DNA of 64,000 bases from an uncultured Gemmatimonadales bacterium (GTDB lineage: Bacteria; Gemmatimonadota; Gemmatimonadetes; Gemmatimonadales; GWC2-71-9): assembly GCA_963828735.1 (NCBI GenBank), contig CAWHFW010000003.1, positions 160,001 to 224,000 on the forward strand, given 5' to 3'. Below the pieces are notes generated by a model that was not told the DNA's origin, made no database searches, and saw only the letters and a list, made by a program, of their open reading frames with translations. The translations under genes were made by a program, and so were the position numbers. Positions within the stretch are counted from its first letter, which is position 1. The number at the start of each line of letters is the position of its first letter. Below, in pieces: positions 9,650 through 19,226 of the stretch.

Positions 9650-10354
9650 ATGCGCATCCTCACCGGCACCAGCGGCTGGTCCTACAAGGAGTGGAAGGGG
9701 ATCTTCTACCCGGCCGACCTTCCCGCCGACGGCATGCTGCGATATTACGCCACGCGCCTGCCGAGCGTGGAGATCAACAATTCCTTCTACCGCATCCCCA
9801 AGGAGACGGTGCTGCTCGAGTGGGCGGCCCAGGTCCCCGCCGGCTTCCGGTTCGTGCTCAAGGCCTCACGCAGGATCACCCACATCAACCGGCTCGCCAA
9901 CGAGGACGGATCACTGGAATACTTTCTCCGCACCGTCAACGTGCTGGGCGAGCGCCTCGGACCGACGTTGTTCCAGTGCCCGCCCTCGCTCCGGAAGGAC
10001 ATGGACCGGCTGCGTGCCTTCCTCGCGTCGGTGCCGCGGACGTGGCGCGCGGCGATGGAGTTCCGCCACGCATCGTGGTTCACCGATGAGGTCTACGACG
10101 CGCTCCGGGAGCACGATATCGCGCTCGTCGGCGTGGAGGAGCACGAGAGTGAAGGCCCCGGCGCGCCGCTCGTGCCGACGGCCACCTGGGGCTATCTGCG
10201 GCTCCGCCGCACGGACTACACCGACGACATGCTGAAGGGGTGGGTGGAGCGCATCCGCGGCCAGCCGTGGCAGGAGGCGTACGTGTTCCTCAAGCACGAC
10301 GAGGACAAGCCGACGGGGCCGGACGCGGCGGTGAAGCTGGCGGCGATGGTATAG
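9650..10354 (+). CDS. DUF72-domain protein
   Basis: GTSGWSYKEWKGIFYP, VEINNSFYRIP, LFQCPPS, EFRHASWF, YLRLR. Confidence 0.93.
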   Translation: MRILTGTSGWSYKEWKGIFYPADLPADGMLRYYATRLPSVEINNSFYRIPKETVLLEWAAQVPAGFRFVLKASRRITHINRLANEDGSLEYFLRTVNVLGERLGPTLFQCPPSLRKDMDRLRAFLASVPRTWRAAMEFRHASWFTDEVYDALREHDIALVGVEEHESEGPGAPLVPTATWGYLRLRRTDYTDDMLKGWVERIRGQPWQEAYVFLKHDEDKPTGPDAAVKLAAMV

Positions 10355-10444
10355 GGGACTTCGGCTTCCGGCTGCAACCGGTCGCGCTGCGGGGCGTCAC
10401 ACGGTTATCTTCGAAGCGCTCCCTGCATCCAGCCGAGTAGGTCC

Positions 10445-13285
10445 ATGGTCTCTCGAGACGCGGTCGTCTCACGAATCCGCCGAGTCCCGGTTGTGGCCGG
10501 TGCCATCGCGATGGTGCTGGGCGTAGGCCTGCTGCAGGCCTACGTGTTCGCGGCAGTGCCCCTGGTCCCGACCGCGCTGTTCCTTCCGCTTGCCCAGCCG
10601 CTCGACGCAGTCCTGTTCGTGCTCACCGGCGCGGCCCTGCTCTCTCTCCAGATCCGCTCCGAGCGCCTGAGACAGACCTCCGCGCTGCTCGCCACCGTGC
10701 TCGCGGTACTGTTCCTCGTCGAGTACCTCTTCCGGGTCGACCTGCGGATCGATACGGTGTTGTTCGCCGACCAGGTGGCGCAGTTCGTCCCGGTCTTCCC
10801 GGGTCGGCCCGCGCCGCTCGGCTGTGTCGGTTTCCTGTTCCTCGGCCTGCTGCTGCTGTTCCCGCCGCCGGCCGCGGCCCGCCCCCGGCGCTGGTACAGC
10901 GCGCTGCTCATGACCGCGGTGATCGTCCCCATGCTCGCCATCGCGGGTCACCTCGGCGGGGTCCCGGAGCTGTACGGACTCGTGCCCGGCAGCGGCGTCG
11001 CGCTGTACGTGGCGCTCGGGCTCCTGCTTCTCGCGGCCGGCGTCACGGCCGCGACCCACGAGCCCGTCGTCGTCAACCTTTCCCTCAGCGACGAGCCCGG
11101 CACGGTGCTCCTGCGCCGGCTGCTGCCGGTCGCGCTCGTGCTCCCGGTCCTCTTCACCGTCGGCAGCGTGCAGGCGCTCCGGCTCGGGTTCTACCAGGTT
11201 CACGCGGGGCTCGTGGCGTACGTCACGGTCTTCATCGGGCTCTCGGTGTGGGCCGCGTTCCGCGCCACGGACCTTGCCCGCCGGGTCGAGGCCGATCGGC
11301 GCGCCGCGGAGCGCACCCGGGCGGACCTTGTGCTCCGCAACCGGCTGCTCGAGGCACAGGCCGCGGCGCAGGCGGCGCTTCGCGCGAGCGAAGAACACAC
11401 GCGCGAGCTGCTCGACATCCTGAGCCACACGCCGGTGACCGCGCGCGGCTTGGACCGCCGGATCCGGTTCTGGAGCGCGGGCGCGGAGCGCCTGTACGGG
11501 TGGACGTCGGAGGAAGCGGCGCAGGCGGGCACGCGCGACCTGCTCGAGACGCAGCTCCCGGTCCCGCTCCACGAAGCCGAGTCCACCCTGCTGGAGCACG
11601 GCGAGTGGCTCGGCGAGGTCAACCGCCGGACGCGCGACGGGGCCATGCTCCGTATCGCGACGCATTGGATCCTGCACCGCGATCCCGCCGGTTTGCCGGA
11701 CGCCATCATCGAAGTGGACGACGATGTGACGGAGCAACGGAACGCGGAGGCGCTGGTTCGCGGCAGCGAGGCGCGCTACCGCGCGCTGGTGGCCGCCACC
11801 TCGCAGATCGTCTGGTCGATGTCCGCCGACGGCCGGGAGGCCGGCGATCTCACCCAGTGGGAGGCGTTCACCGGACAGACGCCCTACGAGGCCTCCCACG
11901 GCGGCTGGATCCGCGCCCTGTCTCCCGAGGATCAGCCCGAGGCCGCGCGGATATGGAACGCGGCGGTCCGCGAGAAGCGGGTGCTGGCGACCATACACCG
12001 CGTCCGCCGGCGCGACGGGCAGTACCGGAACATGGAGGTGCGCGCGGTCCCGATCCTCGATCAGCATGGACGGGTGCGCGAATGGGTCGGCGCCCACACC
12101 GACGTGACGGACCGCGTGAAGGCGGAGGAGCAGCTTGCGCAGGCGCAGAAGCTCCAGGCCGTGGGCACGCTCGCAGGCGGGGTGGCCCACGAGGTGAACA
12201 ACCAGCTCATGGCGGTGCTCGGGTTCGGCGAGTTCGTCGTGAAGGAGCTCGGGCAGGATCACGCGCAGACGAAGGACGTGGAGGAGATGATCCGCGCTGC
12301 GATGCGGGCCGCGCAGGTGGCGCAGCAGCTCCTGACCTTCAGCCGGCGCCAGGTCAACCAGGTGCAGCCGCTGCGTGTGTCCAGCTCGGTCGCCGCGCTC
12401 GCCCCCGTCCTGGAGCGCATCCTGGGGGCGGACAAGGAGCTCACCCTCCTGCCCGACCGATCGAAGAGCAGCATTCTGGCGGACCCGACGCAGGTCGATC
12501 AGGTCCTAATCAACCTCGCGGCCAACGCCCGCGACGCGATGAGCACCGGAGGCCGGCTCACCATCTCGACCGACGAGGTGACGCTCGACGAGAGCTACGC
12601 CCGGGAGCATGGCCTCAAGCACGTCGCACCCGGAACCTATGTCCGCATCATCGTGTCGGACACCGGCTGCGGCATGGACCGACCGACGCTGGCCAAGATC
12701 TTCGAGCCGTTCTTCACCACCAAGCCCGTGGGCTCGGGAACCGGCCTCGGGCTCTCCACGGTCTACGGCATCGTGAAGCAGCACGATGGCTTCATCTGGG
12801 CGTACAGCGAGCCGGGTCACGGCACGAGCATCAAGATCTACTTTCCCGCGGCGAAGGCGGAGCAGTCCGCCGATGCCCCCCGCGTGGTGGAGGCACCATC
12901 CGAGCGGCCCAGGCTCGAGCCCGGGCTCGTCCTGGTCGTCGAGGACGAGGCCGCGGTGCGGCAGCTCGTCCGGCGATCGCTGGAAGCCGTCGGCCTCACG
13001 GTTCTCGAGGCCGAGAACGGTCAGCAGGCGCTCGACGTCGTCTCGCGTCGCCGCGACCTTCCCAAGCTGGTGCTGACCGACGTGGTGATGCCCGGCCTCA
13101 ATGGTCGCGAGCTGAGCGAGCGTCTCGCGCGCACGCAGCCGGGTCTCCCGATCCTCTTCATGTCGGGTTACACCGACGACGACGTGTTCGCGCGGAGCCT
13201 CCTGCCCGAGGAAGCCCCCTTCATCCAGAAGCCGTTCGGGCCGGAGGAGCTCGTGGCGAAAGTCCGGACGATGCTGTCGCAGTAA
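10445..13285 (+). CDS. Membrane-bound hybrid sensor histidine kinase (multi-TM, 2 PAS, HisKA, HATPase, REC)
   Basis: LAGGVAHEVNNQL H-box, NLAANARDAM, DTGCGM, FFTTKPVGSGTGLGL, VVEDE...LTDVVMP...QKPF. Confidence 0.93.
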   Translation: MVSRDAVVSRIRRVPVVAGAIAMVLGVGLLQAYVFAAVPLVPTALFLPLAQPLDAVLFVLTGAALLSLQIRSERLRQTSALLATVLAVLFLVEYLFRVDLRIDTVLFADQVAQFVPVFPGRPAPLGCVGFLFLGLLLLFPPPAAARPRRWYSALLMTAVIVPMLAIAGHLGGVPELYGLVPGSGVALYVALGLLLLAAGVTAATHEPVVVNLSLSDEPGTVLLRRLLPVALVLPVLFTVGSVQALRLGFYQVHAGLVAYVTVFIGLSVWAAFRATDLARRVEADRRAAERTRADLVLRNRLLEAQAAAQAALRASEEHTRELLDILSHTPVTARGLDRRIRFWSAGAERLYGWTSEEAAQAGTRDLLETQLPVPLHEAESTLLEHGEWLGEVNRRTRDGAMLRIATHWILHRDPAGLPDAIIEVDDDVTEQRNAEALVRGSEARYRALVAATSQIVWSMSADGREAGDLTQWEAFTGQTPYEASHGGWIRALSPEDQPEAARIWNAAVREKRVLATIHRVRRRDGQYRNMEVRAVPILDQHGRVREWVGAHTDVTDRVKAEEQLAQAQKLQAVGTLAGGVAHEVNNQLMAVLGFGEFVVKELGQDHAQTKDVEEMIRAAMRAAQVAQQLLTFSRRQVNQVQPLRVSSSVAALAPVLERILGADKELTLLPDRSKSSILADPTQVDQVLINLAANARDAMSTGGRLTISTDEVTLDESYAREHGLKHVAPGTYVRIIVSDTGCGMDRPTLAKIFEPFFTTKPVGSGTGLGLSTVYGIVKQHDGFIWAYSEPGHGTSIKIYFPAAKAEQSADAPRVVEAPSERPRLEPGLVLVVEDEAAVRQLVRRSLEAVGLTVLEAENGQQALDVVSRRRDLPKLVLTDVVMPGLNGRELSERLARTQPGLPILFMSGYTDDDVFARSLLPEEAPFIQKPFGPEELVAKVRTMLSQ

Positions 13286-13368
13286 GCCGCTCCGAGTCGC
13301 TCCACACCGTTGCGATCCTCCCCCGCTTCCGATATCTCTCCCGCCGACCTTTCCGCACCGGATTTCGC

Positions 13369-14817
13369 GTGACCGAGCCCGCCGCACGACTCGATGCTCC
13401 CCCTTCGCCCGCGCCCGGCGGTGCGGAGTCGGTCAGCTTCTGGACCATCGTCAGGGAGTCGGTCCGCGGGGAGGTGCACCACGACTTCACCGAGGGGCCG
13501 ATCGGCCGCGCCATCCTGCTGCTCGCGGTGCCGATGGTGCTGGAGGTGGTGCTCGAGAGCATCTTCGCGGTCGCCGACATCTTCTGGGTGTCGCACCTGG
13601 GGCCCGACGCGGTGGCGTCGGTCGGGCTCACCGAGTCGTTGCTGACGATCGTGTACGCGCTGGCGATGGGCCTCGGGATCGGGGCCACGGCCGTGGTCGC
13701 GCGGCGGATCGGGGAGAAGGATCGGGACGGCGCGGCGCGAGCCGCGGCGCAGGCACTGGTGCTCGCGCTGGTCGTGTCGATCGCGTTGGGGACGGCCGGC
13801 GCGCTGCTCGCCCCTCGCCTGCTCGCGCTCATGGGCGCATCGCCATCGGTCATCGCGACCGGGCGCGGCTACGCGACGATCATGCTCGGCGGCGAAGCCG
13901 CGATCATCGTGCTCTTCGTGGTGAACGCGATCTTTCGCGGCGCGGGCGACGCGGCCATCGCGATGCGGGTCCTCTGGCTCGCGAACATCATCAACATCGT
14001 GCTGGGCCCGCTGCTCATCTTCGGCGTCGGCCCCTTTCCCCGTCTTGGTGTTACCGGGGCAGCCATCGCGACGACGTTCGGGCGCTCGGTCGGGGCGACC
14101 TACGCGGTGGTGCGGCTCTTCCGTCACGCGAGCCGCGTACCGGTCGCGCGCCGGCACATGCGGGTGGACCTCGGCGTGATGCGTCACATCCTCCAGCTCT
14201 CGGGCTCCGCCACGCTGCAGAACCTGATCGGCATGGCGAGCTGGATCGGCCTGGTCCGGATTCTGTCGGGATACGGCAGCGACGCGCTGGCCGGTTACAC
14301 GATCGCGGTGCGGCTCATCATCTTCGCGCTCCTGCCATCCTGGGGCCTCAGCAACGCGGCGGCGACGATGGTGGGACAGAGCCTGGGCGCCCGGAAGCCT
14401 GATCGGGCGGAGGCCTCCGTGTGGCGGGCCGGGCGGTACAACGCCTACTTTCTCACCAGCGTCGGCCTGCTGTTCTTCGTGGCCGCCCCACTCGTGATCC
14501 GGGCGTTCACGTCGGATCCGACCGTGGCGGGCTACGCGGTGGCCTGCCTCCGGATCGTCGCGCTCGGCTACCCCCTCTATGCCTACGGCATGGTACTCAC
14601 CCAGTCGTTCAACGGCGCGGGGGACACGTGGACGCCCACGTGGCTCAACCTGGCGTGCTTCTGGGTGTTCGAGCTCCCGTTCGCCTGGGCGCTCGCGCGT
14701 TCGGCCGGCCTCGGGCCGCCGGGCGTCTTCTGGGCCATCACCGCCGCGTTCTCGATGCTGGCGCTCGCGAGCGTGGCGGTGTTCAGACGAGGCCGATGGA
14801 AGACGAGGGTGGTGTAG
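13369..14817 (+). CDS. MATE-family efflux transporter
   Basis: TEGPIGRAILLLAVP, AIFRGAGDA, NIVLGPLLIFG..LGVTGAAIAT, about 12 TM helices; GTG start inferred. Confidence 0.92.
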   Translation: MTEPAARLDAPPSPAPGGAESVSFWTIVRESVRGEVHHDFTEGPIGRAILLLAVPMVLEVVLESIFAVADIFWVSHLGPDAVASVGLTESLLTIVYALAMGLGIGATAVVARRIGEKDRDGAARAAAQALVLALVVSIALGTAGALLAPRLLALMGASPSVIATGRGYATIMLGGEAAIIVLFVVNAIFRGAGDAAIAMRVLWLANIINIVLGPLLIFGVGPFPRLGVTGAAIATTFGRSVGATYAVVRLFRHASRVPVARRHMRVDLGVMRHILQLSGSATLQNLIGMASWIGLVRILSGYGSDALAGYTIAVRLIIFALLPSWGLSNAAATMVGQSLGARKPDRAEASVWRAGRYNAYFLTSVGLLFFVAAPLVIRAFTSDPTVAGYAVACLRIVALGYPLYAYGMVLTQSFNGAGDTWTPTWLNLACFWVFELPFAWALARSAGLGPPGVFWAITAAFSMLALASVAVFRRGRWKTRVV

Positions 14818-14865
14818 GGAGCCGGGGACCGGCACTCGGGCCGAGCTCGAGCGGCCGGCCGACCC

Positions 14866-16518
14866 CTACACGGGCCGCTGGATGTGGGCGTGGACGAAGC
14901 TCACCGACTGGGACCCCTCGCCGACCGCCGACGCCACGCGCTTCACCGAGCCGCTCCGCACGTCGCCCGCCGCGAACACGCCCGGCAGGCTGGTCTCCAG
15001 CAGAAACGGCTCGCGGCCCGCCAGCCGCCACCGTTCGGCGTGGCGGGTTGTCGGCGGCAGCGACGGCCCCGTGAGGACGAAGCCGCTGCGGTCGAGCTCC
15101 ACGCAGCCTCGGAGCCAAGCGGTGTTGGCGTCGGCGCCAATGAAGAGGAACAGCGAACTGGTCCGGATCGCCATCTCCTTCCCCGCCCCGTCGCGCGCGC
15201 GCACCTCGCTCAGGTGCCCGTCACCATCGAGCGCGGTGATCCTGGTGCCGAGATGAATGGTGACGTTCTCCGTGGCCTGGATGCGGTCGATGAGATAGCG
15301 CGACATGCTCGCGCCCAGGTCACTCGAGCGTACCAGCAGGTGCACCCGGCGGCAGGTGCGCGCAAGAAACACGACCGCCTGGCCGGCGGAATTGCCTCCA
15401 CCCACCACGATCGTATCCTCGCCGCGACACAGCCGCGCTTCCATCTCGGTGGCCGCGTAGTACATCCCGGCCCCGTCGAAATCGTCAAAACGGGCCACTT
15501 CCAGCTTCCGGTAGGCGACGCCGCTCGCGACCAGCACGCACCGGGTGTGAAGGCGCGTCCCGTCGACCAGGGTGACGATCCGGTCCCCGCCGTCGAGCCC
15601 GAGCGATCGGACGACGCACGGTACCGTGATACGCGCCCCGAAGCGCTGGGCCTGCACCATCGCATTCCGAGTCAGGTCCTTCCCCGAGATGCCGGTCGGG
15701 AAGCCGAGGTAGTTCTCGATCCTGGCACTGGTGCCCGCCTGACCGCCCGCCGCGAGCGCGTCCGCGGTGAGGACGTCGAGGCCCTCGGAGGCGGCATAGA
15801 CCGAGGCGGCGAGGCCGGCCGGCCCTGCGCCGACGACCACGAGATCGTAGACCCGGCCGGCCTCCATGGTGGCGGTCAAGCCCGCGCAGCTCGCGAACTC
15901 GGCGATCGTCGGGTTCTTCTTGACCTTGCCCGTCCGGCCGATCACCACCGGCGTCTCGGCCGGGGAGACGTTGAACTTGCGGAGCAAACCGTCGGCCTCG
16001 GTGTCGGACTCGAGATCGATGAAGCGATACGGGACGAGGTTGCGGGTGGCGAAGTCGCGCAGCGCGTGCGCGGCCGGCGAGAAGCGCGAGCCGATGATCT
16101 TCACGCCCTCGTAGCCCGAGCTCAAGAGCAGATCGCGGCGGGTCATGAACGCCTTGATGATCTCCTCGCCCAGGTCGGGCAGCTCGTCCACCGCGCGGAG
16201 GAGTTCGGGGCCGTCGAGCTCCAGCACTCGTCCCGCACTCTTCATGCTGGCGGTCACGAGTGCTGCACGTCCGGAGAGGAGACTCACCTCGCCGGTGAAC
16301 TGGCCGGGGGTCACGGTGGTGATGAAGCGGGCGTCGTCGCCTACACCGTCCACCACCTCGACCTCGCCCGCGAGCACGACGAAGAAGCCGACTACCGTGT
16401 CGCCGGCACTGTAGAGGATTTCGCCGGCGTCGACGGCGCGCTCGCGCCCCCGGGCGCGAAGGGCGGCGAGGTCATGATCGGAAAGAGTCGGGAAAGCGAT
16501 CTCGAGGTCGGTTGGCAT
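14866..16518 (-). CDS. Cyclic-nucleotide-binding domain + thioredoxin-reductase-like FAD oxidoreductase
   Basis: GQFTGEVSLLSG (cNMP domain), VVGAGPAGLAAS, GGQAGTSARIENYLGFPTGISG, VVGGGNSAGQA, ETSLPGVFAAGDVR. Confidence 0.92.
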   Translation of the reverse strand: MPTDLEIAFPTLSDHDLAALRARGRERAVDAGEILYSAGDTVVGFFVVLAGEVEVVDGVGDDARFITTVTPGQFTGEVSLLSGRAALVTASMKSAGRVLELDGPELLRAVDELPDLGEEIIKAFMTRRDLLLSSGYEGVKIIGSRFSPAAHALRDFATRNLVPYRFIDLESDTEADGLLRKFNVSPAETPVVIGRTGKVKKNPTIAEFASCAGLTATMEAGRVYDLVVVGAGPAGLAASVYAASEGLDVLTADALAAGGQAGTSARIENYLGFPTGISGKDLTRNAMVQAQRFGARITVPCVVRSLGLDGGDRIVTLVDGTRLHTRCVLVASGVAYRKLEVARFDDFDGAGMYYAATEMEARLCRGEDTIVVGGGNSAGQAVVFLARTCRRVHLLVRSSDLGASMSRYLIDRIQATENVTIHLGTRITALDGDGHLSEVRARDGAGKEMAIRTSSLFLFIGADANTAWLRGCVELDRSGFVLTGPSLPPTTRHAERWRLAGREPFLLETSLPGVFAAGDVRSGSVKRVASAVGEGSQSVSFVHAHIQRPV

Positions 16519-16780
16519 ACTGCGTTCCGGGGTTCGCGGTGATCGCGCGGTCGGGCCTGGCTATGCTGGAATCTATCGGGATCTCGGGGAGGTTCGGGCA
16601 CTGCTGGCGGGGGGTACGCAGAGAAGCCTGGCCTTCATCGCGAGTCAGGCGCGCCGGACCGACGACGAGCAACGCGAGGCTCGTGCTCCACCCGATCGGG
16701 GGCACGGTGCGTCGTTCCAGTATGGGGAATTGTTCCTGCGGGAGCTGCCGGCCTTGCTCGACGACTAGCGTGCGCCGGGG

Positions 16781-17041
16781 CTACTCCGTCCGCACGGCGG
16801 TTCGTCGGTCGAGCCCCTGCGAGCGGAGCCAAGTGACGAACGCGGTCTCCAGCTCCTCGGCGGTCTGACCCGCTACCTGCGGCATCACGGGCCAGCGCTT
16901 CGCGGGCCCCATCAAATACCACATGGCCGGCACGGCGGCCAGGCCGCGCCGCTCGTTGGCCGGCTCGTGGTCGTAGGAAACGAAGTGGAAGGTGCGCCCG
17001 CCGTAGCGGACGTGGCACTGCTCGACCTTATAACTGCTCAC
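16781..17041 (-). CDS. Hypothetical protein (86 aa)
   Basis: Protein-like composition (GRTFHFVSYD, AMWYLMG) in an intergenic gap. Confidence 0.6.
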   Translation of the reverse strand: MSSYKVEQCHVRYGGRTFHFVSYDHEPANERRGLAAVPAMWYLMGPAKRWPVMPQVAGQTAEELETAFVTWLRSQGLDRRTAVRTE

Positions 17042-17210
17042 GGGAACACTCGGTTCAGGGCCTGGGCGTTGTAGGACACGGTGGCAAGCGAGCGCGTGAG
17101 CGAACCACCGGCGCGGCTATCGCCGCGGCCGGAAATCTACACCGGTTCGGTCCGAAACGGCCGCCGATCCGGACTCGGGACGCTACTGCCCGACGGGGCT
17201 CCGGGGGGCG

Positions 17211-17238
17211 GGCGGAGTGCCGGCGAAGGCACTCCGCC
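17211..17238 (-). terminator. Stem-loop downstream of the dehydrogenase gene
   Basis: GGCGGAGTGCC-6 nt-GGCACTCCGCC, 11-bp stem. Confidence 0.5.
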
Positions 17239-17249
17239 GCAAGCCCGCC

Positions 17250-18473
17250 CTAGCTTTGCACCCCTACCGGCCGGGAGGAGCGTCGGCGCGACCGGTGTGC
17301 CGCCGTCTCGCCGTCGGCCCGCCTGCGTTGTCCGGCAGTCCGTGCCGGATGCAGCACCACCTTCGTCCACCCTTCGTCGCGGGCATCGAAGTGCTTGTAC
17401 GCCTCTGGCGCGTCGTCCAGCGCCAGCTCATGCGAGACGATGAACGATGGCGTGGCGCTCCCGGTCCGGATCAGCTCGCGGAGCCGCCGATTGTACCGCT
17501 TGACGTCGCACTGCCCCGTTCCGATCGTGAGCCCCTTCTCGAAGAAGGTGGCCACGTCGAAGGCCACCTCTCCTTCCTTCATCAGCTTGTCGGGGCTCTT
17601 CGGATCCTGCGTGAAGACGCCCACGACGCCGAGCCCGCCCGTGGCGCGCACCGACTTGACCAGATTGTTCAGCGTCACGTTGGGATGCTCGTGTCCCTGC
17701 GGGTCGTGCGCCTGCCACCCCACGCACTCGCACCCCCGGTCGACGCCGCGGCCGCCAGTAAGCTCCATCAACTGCTCCACCGGGTCACCCTTGGAGTCAT
17801 CGATGGGGACCACGCCGACGCTCTCGGCCAACCGAAGCCGGTCGGGGTGGCGGTCCACGATGAAGATGTTGCCCGCCCCGCGGATCACCGAGGAGTAGGC
17901 GGCCATCAGCCCGACCGGCCCACAGCCGTAGATCACCACCGAATCGCCCGGCTGGACGCCGGCCAGCTCGGTGGCGTGATAGCCGGTCGGCCAGATGTCG
18001 GCCAGCATGACGTAGTCGGTCTGCTTCTCCTCGCCATCCTCGGGAAGTCGCAGGCAGTTCACGTCACCGTACGGCACCTTCAGGTATTCGGCCTGACCGC
18101 CCGGGTACGGGCCCATTTTGGAATAGCCATAGGCCGCGCCGGCGTTCGGCGGGTTCATCGAGAGGCAGAACCCGGTGTAGCCTCGCTCGCAGTTGCGGCA
18201 GAAGCCGCAGCTGATGTTGAAGGGAAGGCAGACCCAGTCGCCCTTCTTGATGCGCCGGACGGCGCTCCCAACCTCGACCACCTGGCCGAGGTTCTCGTGG
18301 CCGATCACCTGCCCCGGCTCGAGATCGGTGCGACCCTCGTACATGTGGAGGTCTGATCCGCAGATATTGGTGCTGGTGATGCGCACCAGAACGTCGGTGG
18401 GCCATTCGATCTTGGCGTCGGGGACGTCTTCCACGCGAACGTCGCGGGGTCCCCTGTAGACCAGTGCTTTCAT
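17250..18473 (-). CDS. Zn-dependent dehydrogenase (glutathione-independent formaldehyde dehydrogenase type)
   Basis: ICGSDLHMY, GHE, CGFCRNC..C, GGQAEY, LADIWPTGYH, GCGPVGL. Confidence 0.92.
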   Translation of the reverse strand: MKALVYRGPRDVRVEDVPDAKIEWPTDVLVRITSTNICGSDLHMYEGRTDLEPGQVIGHENLGQVVEVGSAVRRIKKGDWVCLPFNISCGFCRNCERGYTGFCLSMNPPNAGAAYGYSKMGPYPGGQAEYLKVPYGDVNCLRLPEDGEEKQTDYVMLADIWPTGYHATELAGVQPGDSVVIYGCGPVGLMAAYSSVIRGAGNIFIVDRHPDRLRLAESVGVVPIDDSKGDPVEQLMELTGGRGVDRGCECVGWQAHDPQGHEHPNVTLNNLVKSVRATGGLGVVGVFTQDPKSPDKLMKEGEVAFDVATFFEKGLTIGTGQCDVKRYNRRLRELIRTGSATPSFIVSHELALDDAPEAYKHFDARDEGWTKVVLHPARTAGQRRRADGETAAHRSRRRSSRPVGVQS

Positions 18474-18517
18474 TGCATCAGTTCCTTGCGGAGTTGCTGG
18501 ATCGATGTGACTGCCCG

Positions 18518-19033
18518 CTATCGTTCGGTCTCTCCCGCAGCCAGCGCGGCCTCGTTGATGCCGCCGTCGGCCAGTTCGGTGAGCGTGTCGTCCGCTGCTT
18601 CCTCCTCCTGCAGGGTCTGTTCGAGAAGTCGAACAATGTCATTGTGTCCCAGGAGTTCCGCGTAGCTCCGCAGGCAGCCGTAGGCCGCCATCTCGTAGTG
18701 CTCGACCCGCTGCGCCGCCGAGATGAGCGCCGCGTCCAGCACGCTCTCGTCGCCGTCGCCCTTCTCTTCTAGGATCTCCTTGCCTTCCTCCAGAAGCCCT
18801 TCCATTCCCTTGCATTTCTTACCCCGGGCCGGCAGGTCCAGCGACTGGAAGATTTGCTCCAGCCGGGCCACGTGCCCCTTGCTTTCTTCCAAGTGATTGG
18901 TGAAGGCCTGGGCCAAGTCGGGCGAACTGGCGGCCTTGGCCATCTTGGGAAGCGCGGTGACGATCTGCTTCTCGGCATTGTAGATGTCTTTTAACTCTTC
19001 GATGAATAGGCTGTTCAGGCTATCGAGCGGCAT
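18518..19033 (-). CDS. YciF/DUF892 ferritin-like protein
   Basis: ELKDIYNAEKQ, HLEESKGH, KKCKGMEGL, AAQRVEHYE..YG, TLQEE. Confidence 0.93.
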   Translation of the reverse strand: MPLDSLNSLFIEELKDIYNAEKQIVTALPKMAKAASSPDLAQAFTNHLEESKGHVARLEQIFQSLDLPARGKKCKGMEGLLEEGKEILEEKGDGDESVLDAALISAAQRVEHYEMAAYGCLRSYAELLGHNDIVRLLEQTLQEEEAADDTLTELADGGINEAALAAGETER

Positions 19034-19226
19034 GGCACACTCCGACGATCACGAGAAAGAAGGACCTGTTTCCGATCACACCGGGAGTATCGGCAGGTGG
19101 GTGAGGCGCTGCTGTGATCTTGATCCCATGTCGAGGGCAGGAAAGGGAGCAGTATCGCCCCCCTTTCGTCGCCAAGTTATCAGGCCGTAGGCATTCCAGG
19201 CATATCAACCTGCCAATTTCAGCAGC

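Noticed and set aside
11248..13368. 1189-aa ORF suggesting a long N-terminal fusion to the MATE transporter
   Set aside because: The N-terminal part is an Arg/Gly/Ala-rich off-frame shadow of the histidine kinase; the MATE gene starts at about 13369.
16472..16705. 77-aa minus-strand ORF
   Set aside because: No recognisable motif or RBS, and it overlaps the start of the oxidoreductase gene.
19199..19217. sigma54 promoter upstream of the yciF-like gene
   Set aside because: GG-to-GC spacing is 11 nt instead of 10.
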